This document shows, in pieces, positions 1 to 13,486 of a stretch of DNA of 64,000 nt; positions within the stretch are counted from its first letter, which is position 1; the number at the start of each line of letters is the position of its first letter. The translations under genes were made by a program, and so were the position numbers. A model generated the notes under the pieces. It did not search any database and had not been told where the DNA came from. It was given only the letters and a program-made list of their open reading frames with translations. Source of the stretch: Paraphysomonas bandaiensis. Its lineage: Eukaryota > Protista > Chrysophyceae. Location of the stretch: the NCBI GenBank assembly GCA_965644295.1, contig CBFFRP010000348.1, forward strand, positions 62,001-126,000, written 5' to 3'.

Positions 1-3000
1 ATGGCATAGAAAATGCTGAGCGCAACGTTTTACCTACTTTAAACAATCTTCTGGAGAATAGAGAGATGGCACTGGACGATGGACGCTTCCTAATGCGACG
101 ACCAACAGATTCAGCATTCGCAGATGCCAGCTTGGGCCGGAATATTGTATTTGTGAGCGATAACTTTAGGGTAATTGCGTTAGGGCTTCCAGTACCACCA
201 TATTCGGGTCGTGCTTTGGACCCACCTCTACGTAGTAGGTTTCAGGTAAGAATAAGGCGCAGTAATGATGCTGTCGTAATGTTTCGCAGTGCCGTTTCGT
301 AGATGAACCCACTTCCGAAATGCTTGTGGCTGCAACTGATACCTCTGGAATTGATAGGCAGAAAATTCAGTCATTAGTTACTTTTTATGAGGTTACGATA
401 TATTATATGTTGTAGTTTTATGACTAATTCATGTGTATGCAGACTTTGCGCAATGTCAGGTATCTTTTGTATAGCAATGTAGCGCTGATACCAGGCTCAC
501 ATATATTCTAGAGAAGCAGCTGTGGGAGATGACGTCAGTTTGACTGGCCTGACAGGTACTACATGTATATTTGTCACGAAGTTTAGATTATATACACATG
601 CAGTGTTTTCGCAGAATGGATTCGCCCAGGCCATCAAACTGCTGGAAAACTTTCCTGGTGAGTGCGGTGTGGTGCCCTGCAGAATATCCTAATTAGATAT
701 GACTTGATAACAGCTATGACGCCTCTGGAGGCCGTGGAGCGGTTTGTTCCTACTGTCACATGGATGCACAAGTCTCTGCCGGAGCGGTTTCAGCATCCCC
801 TTAAGCAAGCAGTGGAAAGTCTCGGGGGTGGGCGAAACCATCGCTCATACGAGATTGCTGAGACTAGAACGGAGCAAGGGAAGGCAGAACTTACTTTTTG
901 CTCGATAGGGGGTGGAGTTATGGACACGCTTCGTAGTAATCCAGTCACTGTGCAAGCTGCTGCTGGTGACGAGAATGTGTCTCACACCTACTCTGATACC
1001 GCTGCTGCAGAGGAATCACTGAACAGTGCATCGGTAAAGCTACTTCCGACCCAAAAACAGATTTTAAGTGATCTCCTTTTGGACCACTCTATCGGACAGC
1101 ATATATGCCTTCTGGGTCCCAAGGTGAAACGTCTTCATTCTTTATCTCGCTTGATTAACGTACTCACAGGGTAGTGGAAAGTCTGTTATAGCACGTGAAT
1201 TCGGTAGAGCACTAGGCTACAACAGCATCCGCGTATTCCCTCTCTATCAGGAACTGACCTCTCGTGACTTACTTCAACGCCGAATAACTGACAGTGATGG
1301 TAATACGTCATGGGCTGACAGCCCTTTGGTTCGCGCTGCCAGAGAAGGGGGGCTGTGTATACTAGATGGTGTTCACACGCTCGATGTACATGCTCTGTGT
1401 TCCCTGCGACGTTTGTTGCAGGACAGCGCTGTCGATCTCCCTAATGGAGAGCGACTTGACCTTCTGTCTGCAGACGAAGCCCTCAAAGGAGTATCTGGTG
1501 CGTCTTGGTTGCCACTCGTGTGTTCACCAAGTATCACTCACTTCGTATTCTCTTGTAGGCGTGCATCCGTCATTTCGAGTGGTGGCACTGGGACTCTTTC
1601 CTCCAAAGAAGGGAGAGGGATCGCATGGTGTAAATGATAGTAGACAGAGATATATTACTTCTGATCTTGGCTTTTCGTACCATTATCTGCCGAAAGGTAG
1701 TAAAGACGATATTCTAGCTGTATTAGCGGCATCGGATACTGCAGCGAATACTGAGGGTGCTCACACGCGGCACTCAAAAATAATGCGATTGCTTACTGAT
1801 GCCCTGGCAGCACTGAATGAAATAGCCGGTATACACTATAGAATGTCTTGCTTTTCCGTTACAGTTACATGCATGTATTTAGGGGATGCACACCCAGAGC
1901 TCCAGCCATCTTTCCGACACGCTCTTAATATCAGAACAGCCCTGGGTACGCATGCTTATGACGAAACCGCGTCTGTGGAATCAATATTGCGTCATGCGCT
2001 TGAGAATGCTTTTCTTATTCGTTATATGCCGGGCATCGTATCTGAACAGTTTGAAGTTGCAATGGAAAAGGTCGGTTTGGCACGCAGCACAAACTCCAAT
2101 GATGATGTTACCTTTGAGTTAAACGACAATGAACTTTCCATTGGAAATATTACCGTGCCGAGGTCGAATCCTGTAAACATTGAGAAAGTTCCTCGTCCCC
2201 TCTTCTTCGATAACATGGCTCAGCGGCGGATATTACAGGGCATGTTACGGACACATGTTTCCACCGACCACAATGCTACACTTTTAATTGGCAATCAGGG
2301 TGTAGGGAAAAACAAGCTGGTTGACCACATGCTAGGTCTGCTTCGCCGGGAGAGAGAATATATTCAACTACATAGAGACACAACTGTTCAGTCCTTGACT
2401 GTACTTCCGCTTCTTCAGGACGGTAGGATTGTATATGAAGACTCACCGCTGTTGAGGGCAGCTAAATTCGGCCGTGTTCTCGTTGTTGAGTAAGTGTGAT
2501 GCAACGGTTTTTGAAAAATATTAACAGCTATTCGCAGTGAGGCCGACAAAGCGCCTGTGGAGGTACTAGGTTTGCTGAAAATGCTTGCAGAAGACGGTGA
2601 ACTTGTACTATATGACGGCCGGAGACTGCTGTCTCAAGACAGAATTAAATCAGAATTCCCTTCGCTGGAGGGTGATAACACTGCATTGCCAAGTGACATT
2701 ATTCCAATTCATAAAGATTTCCGCCTAATAGTTTTAGCTAATCGACCCGGATACCCTTTTCATGGCAACAACTTGTTTCGTGAATGTGGAGACGTGTTTT
2801 CTATTCATGTTGTGGAAAATTTAGATTTGAAATCTGAGATTGAACTGCTTCGTGCTTATGGCCCCGATGTTCCTATCGATATTATAAGCAGGATTGCCCA
2901 CGCCTTTCAGGAGCTGAGAAAAGCTCATGAATCACAAGAGATGTCCTATCCATACAGTGCCCGTGAAGCTGTTGCTGTGGTGAAGCACGTCCAGAAATAC

Positions 3001-6000
3001 CCAGAGGACGGTGTCGCTGCTGCTGTGGAAGACATACTCAGTTTTGAAGCGTATAACCCCCGAGTTCGAAAACAAATTGCGCTTATTTTTCAGTCGAAGG
3101 GCATACCCGTCCCTATCCAGCCAAAAAACGGGGGGCATGGCGGAGATTTGACTCGTAAAGAGTACGTAGAGTCCAATATTCTCTTGGCGCCAGTAAGACC
3201 CATTCCTGCTCCCATGACGTACAATGCATCTTTGAATAGTGAATCTCAAGTCATCCCATGTGGGGTATACTCGCGACATGTCAAGCAAAAGCCATGGTCG
3301 TATAATGTGCACAAAGTATCAGATTTCAATGTTGAATCGAGCCGTTTATTGTCTTTCAGGTACGCAATGCAATGCTTGAAGTATAATTCGTACTGATTTC
3401 TGTGCAGTGAAGAAGTGGGACGAATATATGTTGGGGACCGCCGAAAGACTTTTCACAGAAATATGGTGGCAGGAATGGTCACCGATGAAGCTAACTCCAG
3501 TGTATTACATGTTCTCACTCGCTATCCACTACAGCTTTACTCCTTTTATCCGGTTTGTCGTCAATTTTAAACTAGTTATCTTTTGATTTACATGTTCAGT
3601 CTGATGCATCTGCCGACTACAAAACTGGAGGAGGCGGAAAATGTGTTACTCGGTCTCTAATAGATCCTGAAATGTGAGATTCGTATTCTGACTGACTGTG
3701 TACTCTTTACCTGTGTTGTGTAGTCACTGGAGATTAGGTGATCCTGAAGCAGTTTTAAGCCCACTTCCTGGAGGTGGTGCAGTTGTATACCTCCCTGAGG
3801 CTCATATGGGCTTGATTGCGCCCGGAACTTCGTGGACTGATATCAAACCTGTAGTTCACTGCGCATTACCTGCGTTGAAGAATGAAGTTTCCAACGCTGC
3901 AAATAAATCCGGGGGATTATTTGGTGTTGATGGGGAGAGTGTACTGCGAAACTTCTACTCTTTCATTGACAAAAGCGTGCCCACTAGTGAAGACAACAGT
4001 CATGCACCATCACTGAGTGCAATTTTCAAACAAGGAAAAAATACATTTCATTTGCTTGATCATGTTGGTAAGAAGTCCCACTCCGTAGTAATGCCCAATA
4101 TGTCTGTTCAGTCCGTGAACAGACTCAATATGCCAGATTCTGACCAGTCTTTATCTCATTGGATTGTAACCGGAAATATTGGTGATAAAGGGGCACATCG
4201 CTTTGGGCAATGTGTTGTATCCGTATCCGCTGCAGACAGTCATGCTGTGAGTCACAGCTTTGAGTATACAGTTCCACCAAACTCGCCGTATGCCAATGAT
4301 AAACCGATGCGGTATGTTTCGGGCTGGCAAGAGAGGGGTGCCCAATGGAAAACGGAACTTAACAACTCTGTTCATGCCAGTCCTTCCGATGCCGTTGGCG
4401 ATGCGCACTTAAGTGGGTCGTCAACTGTTCACTGTGGTGTTTTGTCATTCCCGCTGGATGCCCCTTCAAGACCTAATGTGTCATCTGGTATGCTTACAGT
4501 ATGGCCACGCACTGAAAGTGTTTCGTCCTCATCTGCACAGAACTCCGGGAAATTACGTATTGTACCTAGCGCCAATGTGACAGGTGATAATATGATCAAT
4601 GTCGTAGAGAGGTCGAAGTACGGATCAAAGAAAAGTATGTGGTTGTATTATTTTTTAGTTATTCTAAAGTTTTCTGCAGACACACAATATGAATCAATAC
4701 TTGAGGTTATTGACACAAGGAGTGGTGTGGCTAAAGATATTGATATTACGAACCCGGCAAAGGTGTCATCGGAAGAATTCGATGACATGAAGGCAGGAAA
4801 AGTAGTTGCTGTTTCCACCATTAAGTCACCTGATTATTCACTGGCTGCTGTCTTGGACAGTCAGGGCCTAATACGACTATTTGAAACAGATAACACTTCC
4901 CTTGAGATTAGTAAGAGGAGTTGGAAAAGGATAATGGGTGTTGTTGAACGTGAAAGTGTCGATGGAAACGTCCAGGGTCTGCGTGGAGAGGAAGGTACAA
5001 GTAAGCCGAGATTTGGAGTGGATACTCCGAAACATGGAAAGGAAGATAAGAATAATGACCCCCATGTTGGAGGTAATACATGGGCTGGGGGCACGGGAGG
5101 ATCCGATACTGCAGGTCTCGGAGGACGTGGAGGTATTTACGAGTATATGCTATGTCGCATGCTAACAAGTAGATTACATTTTGCTTCAGGTCCGTACAGG
5201 TTAGATAAGGGACACAAAGTTCATCAAGTGTCAGAAGAAGACAAAAAGATATCTGCAGAAGCGAAAGCACGCGCTGCCAAAATGGCCAAAGTATGTTATT
5301 GTTTGGTAACAGGGCATAGTTTTACGGGTTATTCTGCAGGAAGCCTTTGAACAACGAATGCGTGATATTAACATGGGAAAGGTATGAACACCGTTGCACT
5401 GCTCGCGCGTTGTGACTCGAATTATTTCTATAGACGGAGTTCGAGAGTTATGAAAGATTCAGAAACGCTGTGCAGCAACAGGCAAACCAGTTGAGGTTAA
5501 TATTTGAAGAAATGACAACTCGCTCTCAGGTTTGTGAAAATACACCCTGTTTCTTGTACGCAATAAAGTGCGTGGTTAGGAGCGTGTGTGGCTGCGAAAT
5601 CAAAATCATGGGGAATTAGACGATACGAAACTGATTGATGGCTTGACAGGGGATAGGTACGTTAAGATTTAGATATGTCATGAGTTTAACATTGAATTAT
5701 AGACTGGTGTATAAGCGGCGAGGACTCGCTGATAATGCTGACGACTCTGCTGAAGGGACTGGTGCCACAGTTATGAAAAAGTTAGTCGATATATTTTGTG
5801 GAGGACATCAATAAGATGTGTATGTCAATAGGCTTCAATTTGTGATGGATTGCTCAGGAAGCATGTACAGATTCAATGGACAGGATCGGTAAGGCATCTT
5901 TGTGTACATCCTTAGAGAGGTGTTTGAATTGTTGGCAGGCGGCTGGAGCGCATGTTGGAAGCAGCACTTTTGGTATTACTTCACTCTTACATTTCCAGAG

Positions 6001-6866
6001 TATTGATATCAGTTCATAGGTCATGATGGCAATGCCAAGTGGGGAGCGTATCAGTGCTGAAACGAGTAATTTAGAGTATTCTATTACTGGTGTGCAACTT
6101 CTATAGCACTTATTGCTCGGTGTAATGTTAAATTGTAGGTCACAGTGGTGATTCGGAAAATATTAGCTTTGTTCCTTTCGGCTCATATTCAGCCGTGAAA
6201 GATGAAAAATCTCGTTTGAAACTTCTACAGGTAGTTCATTTGTACCAGTTATAATGTTGTATCATGTTTCTTGTAACAGAAAATGGTTGCGCACACGCAA
6301 TTTTGTATGTCCGGTGAGTGCTCGAAAGTTGTATGTAGTTAGTGTAATTCTGTCTGCAGGAGACAACACACTTGAGGCTGCATCATATGCAGTAAAGAGT
6401 ATTGTAAACTCAGACACGTCTGGGGGAGAAGATAAACAGTATCAGAGGTATATTAAATATATTATTGCCCTTGGGGACTAAACTTTGTTACAAGATATGT
6501 ATTTGTGCTCTCCGATGCCAACTTTGAGAGATACGGAATATCCGCTTCTGACATTCGTCGTACTATGGTAAGTAATTTGTTTTTCTGACAAGTCACTTGA
6601 CGGTATTCATTAAATATTTGAATTGACAGCTGAAGGATCCAAGAGTTCAGGTTAGTCTGAGATATTAGCATCTGATATGTTGTCTCAATTGGATACATTC
6701 TTAACAGGTTCACTTCATTCTCATTGCATCGCTAGGTGATGAGGCTGAGCGATTTGCGACTGCTCTTCCTGCGGGACGAGTGCATATGTGCTACGAGAGC
6801 ACTGACCTGCCTTCTATATTTAAACGTATTTTGACTAGCTATGGTGGCGCTTTGGACACAAATTGA
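1..6866 (+). CDS. VWA8: von Willebrand factor A domain-containing protein 8 (multi-AAA+ / vWA); 5' end outside window, more than 20 short introns
   Basis: AAA motifs include ERNVLPTLNNLLENREM, GRALDPPLRSRFQ, GNQGVGKNK, YIQLHRDTT and spliced VVD|EADK. Also HGKEDKNNDPHVGGNTWAGGTGGSDTAGLGGRGG and vWA MIDAS VMDCSGSMYRFNG. Exons join in frame via GT-AG introns (e.g. 246-289, 392-442, 460-511, 556-603, 658-713). Stop TGA at 6864-6866. Confidence 0.95.
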
Positions 6867-9714
6867 GCGGTGACCGCAGTCAGATTAGGTCCTTTTTAAG
6901 TTAGTGACAGGTTTCAGTTGCTGTAGACTAACCATGAATGAGCACTTTTACATGCCAGCATTAGAGAAGAAACTACACATATTGCATTGTTAGTTGCAAT
7001 GGTTGCTGTAATTGTGCTGGTAATTCATTGTCGGTATAATTCTGAGTTTTGGTTAAACAATGCGTAAAATAGATGCACTTCTACATTCAAGTGCACGATC
7101 ATTTACTCTCCCCATTTATCCATATTATATTTACTTTAATATTGTCATTGAATATATATTATGGAGCGCATCTTGCAATATATCGCTAGCGATACCCATA
7201 AAACTACAAGAGAAGCTGAAAAAACTTCAAGTCAGCATGAACTCTAACCAACAAACACTCAGACTTCGATATCAGCAGGTGCTGTGAGTATGGAAAAAAA
7301 GTTGGGATGGTCTGTCGCGTAAGCATGTATACTACTTAATACTACACAGATGAGAAGTATTTTTCAAAAGCTATGAGAAAAGCTAAATTATATGGTACAA
7401 TAGTGTAAACAAGCACATGTAAAAGCATTGTCGCCGCGGAAGAAAAGGTTGACTGTCTATCACAATGAGTTTTATATATAAGTTGCAAGTATTATACTTG
7501 ACCATAATAATATTTCCAAAAACTAATAAGATGTTTGTGCGTAAAGCGGGCCTTTAACTACACACATGCGCACCACAGGACATAACATGAATGTCGTTTA
7601 TTAACTGGACACTCGACTACTCGTGGATAGGCCTATTCAAAATCCAGATCTCTACCATTGATATACTAACATTAAAGTCGTTTGATAAAGTAGTGGTGGA
7701 TGAATATATTAAACGGTGTAAACATTTTACCACCTCGACTGGCAGGGAAGGAGACAGATAGATCAGAGGATTCCAGTTGGATGGATCCAAAGGCGCTGCC
7801 TTTAACAGAGTTTTACGCTTTCCTCAGTAACATTGCAAAGGGTTCAGTGGGGCATAACGATCACGAGTGGAGGGATGCATAAGATGCTATTGGAGGAGGC
7901 GGGCACTGCAGGGTGCAGAGATGATTAACATGCGCTGGATAAAGACTTTCAATTCAGAACCCGGTGAAGAAGCAATCAGTGGTGTGAGTATCTGCTCATG
8001 CTCTTGTCTGCTGCTCACGGGCAGGCCGTGTAGGCATCCTTTGTATATTTTTGTTCAAAGATGCTTCTAGTATTGAGATAACAATTATCTGTATATCAGC
8101 CGTAGTTGTATTGCAGTAATATAGATAATATTTGCTTCAATTTATTTCCGAAACATAATATGCTGACTGCCGATACGTTTTGGCATTTTCATCATTTTTT
8201 GATGTTTTTGATAACGAAGTGAAGTGATGTTATGACTATTAAGATGAGGATCACACTACCATCATACTGTACCCCTCATACGATACTCTGATACCTCCAC
8301 TATAGCATCATGAGGTCAGTGTAAGTCCATATCATAATATGCATATCTCATAACCTCTATTAGGCTTGACAAGGGATGGAAATGGATGCATAGAACCATG
8401 AGAGGATAATCAGAGAGATGAGCACACTGTGAGAGGAAGAGGGGCAGCATCCATATATGGAGACTCGGGGACTGTATGACAGCGATGGGAGACTATTGTC
8501 CTCTCTGCAGAGGGGCCAGAGGGCTCTGTGCAGTCTGTATATATGGGCTGATCTGCCCCCCTCTGTATTCGTCTGTACAGAGCAGCACACACAGCTGCAT
8601 GAGAGCATACAGAAGACCAGCCTCCATATAGCTGTGTATTCATGTATGTGAGAGTCCCCATAAAGAGTTTGGGTGTGAGTGTGATGCCATCGGAGACATT
8701 TTGTCGAGGTAAAAGGCGTTGTATAGATGTTGACTATATGCCTTGTAATATACGCTCCATACAGACGTCATATCACTCCCATTTCAAGAACCATTGTGGC
8801 AGCTGTGTGTCTATGGATTGTGGAGGGATGTGGACGGAAGCTAATATGTAGAATAAGTTCTCAAGGCGATGGAGAACAAGTTATCTGCTGATAGCGGTGA
8901 TAAGAAGGTATATATGCTAAGCACTAACGGTATAAGTGCTGATGAAATTGTACCACAGGAGTTTCAGAGGCCATGGCGCACCCCTACTTTCGTGAAATCA
9001 GAGCTGCGGAATCGTCAGCATAGAACTTTGTCGGGTCATAGTATTTTATGACATCTCTCCCCACAGCTTCGCACAGGTTTTTGTATACCATTCAAGTTTT
9101 TGGTGAATGATTCACATGTCATGTTGGGAGGTAGCTTACGTAAGGCATAGCTTTATTTCATTGCTGCATTGGTTTCTAGCACTAGTTATCATTTTTATGG
9201 CAGCACGTGCGCCCTCAAATACGTAATGTGTATTGGTAACGGACTGTGCCATACTAGAACCCCCTTTGCATACCGAAGTGTGGGAGCACCTTAGTATATA
9301 TGCCTATCTATGTATGTGGATATATTTGTATGTGTTCATTCAGATGAATATATGCGCAAATATACGCTCATTGTGTCGTTAATTTGTTATAGGGGGAGAT
9401 CTTCCAGAATATTGCCAGGAAATAATAGATTCATGGCGATCACACCACCCGTCCTGGGATATACAGTTATGGACTGATGAATAAGACCTAGAACTACGAT
9501 AGATTGTAGTTAGATAAGAGTAGCACTGGTCGAATAATAAGCTAGTGTTGCAGTTCCTTGAATAATAGTTTGTTACGCTACGTTAAACTAGGGAGGGTAT
9601 ATAGGCAAAGTAGCACGTTTCACTGTATCAAAAAGTAGAAAAGTAATCTGTGCAAGACTTGGTACCTATGTCCGATGTAGTGGTATACCCTACGGGGTAT
9701 ACCGGTGTAATTTT

Positions 9715-10455
9715 CTACTTTTTGTTTTCTGCAGTCAATAGTGATTCGGTTGTTTGAACCTCCTCAGCATCAGATATTTGTCGAAAGTTTTCCGCCGCAG
9801 AGAGACGAGGAATAAATTGTGACACGATGTCAAATGCATTGGGTCTACGATTTCTAAAGAATCTCACGTAGTCGATGCAACTAACAAGGATTTTTGAAAA
9901 AGCTTTCCATTCTCGATCTGATTCCCTGTCTCGGATCACTTTCTTTATCTCGTTTTTTATATCGTCATTGTCCAGGAAAGCCCTTGCCTCTCTATGCTTT
10001 GTGCGCAATCCAGATAAGAACGCGATATCAGAGCCCTCTTTTGCTTCTTCGTATCTCTTCAATAGTATCTGTTTTAAATTTGAATACTGAAAGGTTTAAT
10101 ATAAAAGATGAAATACCTCAATTGAGCATATATGAATGGCACTTCTCTCTAAGAAATCGTCGTCACCAAATACACAAGATGTATACCCTTCTTCGATAAA
10201 GTGCAGCTCGTGAATTCTTCGATTTTGAATCTGGGCCAACAACTCGAATATGCAATCTACAGTAACTCCTGAAATATTTCCCATGACGCGCTTCAAATTT
10301 AACAAGAGTGACCGTTCTTCTTCGTTGTCGTCCATACCCATGCGTTGTGATATGTTACTAAATTCATTCATCCAATAATATTCATTTTTTCCGAGGTTTT
10401 TGTGACTTAAATGACTTAATGTTGGCAGTGTAATTGTAATTGCTTGTGACGACAA
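9715..10455 (-). CDS. Hypothetical helical protein, two exons (start uncertain; first in-frame ATG at 10371)
   Basis: ORFs 10096-10455 and 9715-10062 join in frame through a 48-nt GT-AG intron (10116-10069), giving ...CSIE|ILLKRYEEAK... No family recognised. Confidence 0.55.
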
Positions 10456-10525
10456 TAACAGGTCAAATTCACCACACGATTATCTTCTGCAACGAACACC
10501 TCCACTCATTAATATCAGTCGTACA

Positions 10526-10579
10526 GTGGATGGCCCCTATAAGGATCTCAAATGGGCGCACCTTATAGGGGCCATCCAC
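10526..10579. repeat. Perfect 19-bp inverted repeat with 16-nt spacer (mini Tc1/mariner-like relic)
   Basis: GTGGATGGCCCCTATAAGG (10526-10544) pairs with CCTTATAGGGGCCATCCAC (10561-10579). The left arm is preceded by TACA, as in TA|CAGTG Tc1/mariner ends. Confidence 0.75.
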
Positions 10580-10817
10580 ACGGCAGAGTGGTAGCACTGG
10601 TACACAGGTACACTGTAGGTGTGCAGGTACAAACACACACACACAGCACACCTGTACACAGGTACACTGTAGGTATGCAGGTACCCACATCACACGGTGT
10701 GTATGTATGTATGCTGCCGGCAGAGCGGATAGTCCATCAATCCCACCCACTCACCCTCTCACACTGCTGTTAGTACCCTCCACTTTAAAGGAACCAGGCA
10801 TCAATTGCTATAGAATT

Positions 10818-12899
10818 ATGGATTCTTCCAAGAAGTTTCTTTCTGTAACAAAAGAAAATATTCAGCAGTTCTCTCAGGGTCACTTCCATGATGTGTTGGA
10901 GGACATCGAGGCCCTGTTAGCCCCTCCTCATACCAACACAGCTGCACAGATACTATACAGAGATATCAGCCTTGATGCAGCATTCAACTGCAGGAGGGAG
11001 ATGATTGCATTGAAGAAAGTGATGCAGAGAATGAGTGAGATGTCTCAGCAGCAGGAGAAGATATTATCTCGTCTATCTACATGGCAGTACAGGACTATAG
11101 ACCTTAACACTGATGAGAGTGCTGCTGCTGCTGCTGGATCGGATGGGGAAGTAAGAAAATGGGTGCTTTCGAAAGAGTACGAAGAATGCTCTGATGCTCT
11201 TCAGCTCTCTCGTGGACTCTCGCACTCTCTCGTGGAAGCCAGGGGGCTCATGAAGTCAATATGCTCCATTTCGCGTTGGCCCGATGCGCAAGGCATAAAA
11301 AACTGTCCGTCTACCTCGAGTGCATTGCAGTACATTAAGAGCATGCCTATTGGTAAGGTGTGGTGGAATGCTCTGCGGGATGCAAGCGCTTTTATGTTGT
11401 CAGTTGGGGAGTCAGCTTGTGAAAAGTGGGAGGATTGGGTGCGTTGGGATGGCGATGAGGAAAAATATATGAGTGGATGGGAGAGTATTAGACTCCTTCG
11501 GAATAGAATTAAAGACACTATTAGCGAAAGTGCTGCAGAGGGCGTGGTTTGCTCTTTCGTTGCTCGCGGAGGTTGGAAATCTTGTGAAATGCGATACCGT
11601 GCTAGTGTCTACGCCGCTCGCCTCAGTCGCCTGGGGGAAGCACTGAACAGAGCCTATAATATACTTACAGCACTCGTGAGTAATGTCGAGGCTGGTGATA
11701 GTGCGTTCAGTCTCTTGCGAACCCACGGGAAAAAACATTTGTTACGATTACGCTCAGCTGCCTGTGTTGTTTCTGAGCTATCCTTGTGGGTGCGAGAAAT
11801 ACTCACGAGAACACATCAACGCAGCCATGGTACAGAGAGAGTTATGGCATACGACGCTGTATTTGTGGCTGGTGACAGTACGCTCTCCTCGGGTGCAGGG
11901 CACAGGGCGACAATGCAAACTATGTTCTACCCAGTTACCTTCACACGCCTTCCGGGCTTGCTGAATGAAACTGCAAACGACATATTGGCTTTGACTCCGA
12001 CATTCCTGAACTCTGTGGAGGGTTCCCAATGGCCCCCTCGCGCTGACGCATCCAGGCCATCTGTGGAGGGGAGCTGCCAGTGTATAGGATGTGGAGGAAG
12101 TTTCTCTCGAGTGTGGATGGATCTCTGGATCGGTAACAAGAAAGGCGGTAACGAGAGAAATGGAGTGTGCTGTGAATGTGTCCGGCGACACAAGTCGGCG
12201 ACTTCGAGCTGTTCACATGACCTACTTCGTGCACTGCAACCCTCATCTGTCAAGCAACGAGCTGGGTGCAAAGATTTTTTTTGTTCTCATGAACTATACT
12301 GTCCTGTACATGATGGCGTCTCCAGAGCGGCCTTTTCATGTGATGCTTGCCGGTTGCATAGGGGAGATGGAAGCGACCTTTTGCAACTGTGCATCAGACT
12401 CAGCGCGGGGTGCGATGGTGTGATTCTTTTCCTAGATTTTGATCGTACATTGTGTACATCTAGGGCAGGTGCCGACCCTTGCCCCCCTGTGGATATTGGA
12501 GCAGCAGCCTCGCAGAAGCAAAAGCATATAGTCGACGAAGAGTTGAGGGCTGTTCTGCATGATGCTTCTCTCCGCCTCCGCTATATATGCACCAGGAATA
12601 GACATGGCGAATCTATAAGACAATTTTTGAGTAAGAACGACTGCCCCGTGGATGGAATCCACATTGTTGCGAAAAAGAGCAATAAATCAAGGGTAGATGT
12701 ACTGACTGATAACAATACAGCTCCTAGTATTGTGTGGGAAGAAACCAAGTTCAAAGGAAGTGTAGCTTCCCGAGTACTTTCGGAAAATTTAAACTGTGTA
12801 GGTATTCTTGTCGACGATGATATTGCCGAGCTTAGTGATTCTACAGCAAAATCACCTGAAAACCTCCATCGTTTTCTATTTTGTCGCTGTGCATTGTAA
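10818..12899 (+). CDS. Intronless protein: helical N-terminus, Cys/His-rich Zn-binding region, C-terminal HAD-superfamily phosphatase domain
   Basis: Long ORF with HAD motif I LFLDFDRTL, motif II CTRN and motif IV LVDDD. CxxC/CxxH clusters (CIGC, CCEC, CSH, CPVHD, CDAC) lie upstream. An in-frame ATG also exists at 10707. Confidence 0.75.
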   Translation: MDSSKKFLSVTKENIQQFSQGHFHDVLEDIEALLAPPHTNTAAQILYRDISLDAAFNCRREMIALKKVMQRMSEMSQQQEKILSRLSTWQYRTIDLNTDESAAAAAGSDGEVRKWVLSKEYEECSDALQLSRGLSHSLVEARGLMKSICSISRWPDAQGIKNCPSTSSALQYIKSMPIGKVWWNALRDASAFMLSVGESACEKWEDWVRWDGDEEKYMSGWESIRLLRNRIKDTISESAAEGVVCSFVARGGWKSCEMRYRASVYAARLSRLGEALNRAYNILTALVSNVEAGDSAFSLLRTHGKKHLLRLRSAACVVSELSLWVREILTRTHQRSHGTERVMAYDAVFVAGDSTLSSGAGHRATMQTMFYPVTFTRLPGLLNETANDILALTPTFLNSVEGSQWPPRADASRPSVEGSCQCIGCGGSFSRVWMDLWIGNKKGGNERNGVCCECVRRHKSATSSCSHDLLRALQPSSVKQRAGCKDFFCSHELYCPVHDGVSRAAFSCDACRLHRGDGSDLLQLCIRLSAGCDGVILFLDFDRTLCTSRAGADPCPPVDIGAAASQKQKHIVDEELRAVLHDASLRLRYICTRNRHGESIRQFLSKNDCPVDGIHIVAKKSNKSRVDVLTDNNTAPSIVWEETKFKGSVASRVLSENLNCVGILVDDDIAELSDSTAKSPENLHRFLFCRCAL

Positions 12900-13486
12900 A
12901 CTAGCAACTAGCAGAACGAATATTGGTATTGTCAATTAGTACATAAAGAAAATGCTTCTTATTAGCGTATGTGTTGTTGTTATGTTATAGTACTGTGTAA
13001 ATTATATTAAAGTAAACTATCTTACTATCAGAGTCATATGGAATAGCAAGCTTGCCAATGGTTATGCTTATCATTGCCAACAAGCAACAAGTATTTTAGC
13101 AACAAGTATTATTCTTACTACCTACACTACCATTCATTCAACAATACCTTAAACCTTAAACTCAAGAATAATTAGTCACACTAAATAATATTAGGATTAC
13201 TATCCCAACTTGAGTACACGCTGCTGACTACTGACTAGTACATATGTTATGCAGAGATACTAATTAGCTACGATGACATTACTCGTGCGATATCACGTAT
13301 ACTGAAGGACATGCAACAATGTAAATTAACGTAGACTACAACGCGATGACAAAAACAATATCTTCCACCGAAAAAATAAATGCACAGAATTACAATCCCT
13401 CGTAGAAGCGGTCCCACCATTTGTCTTGCTCTTGCCCTTGTCTGCAGTATATAAATTAAAAGAAACACATAATGCTAGCGAGAACT

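Noticed and set aside
1-6866. Fragmented ORFs suggesting a pseudogene or alternative genetic code
   Set aside because: The breaks I checked are resolved by short canonical GT-AG introns, and all three stop codons terminate genes in the window.
7000-9600. Short ORFs and coding-like patches
   Set aside because: No recognisable motif or consistent spliced frame could be built. Possibly decayed gene or TE sequence.
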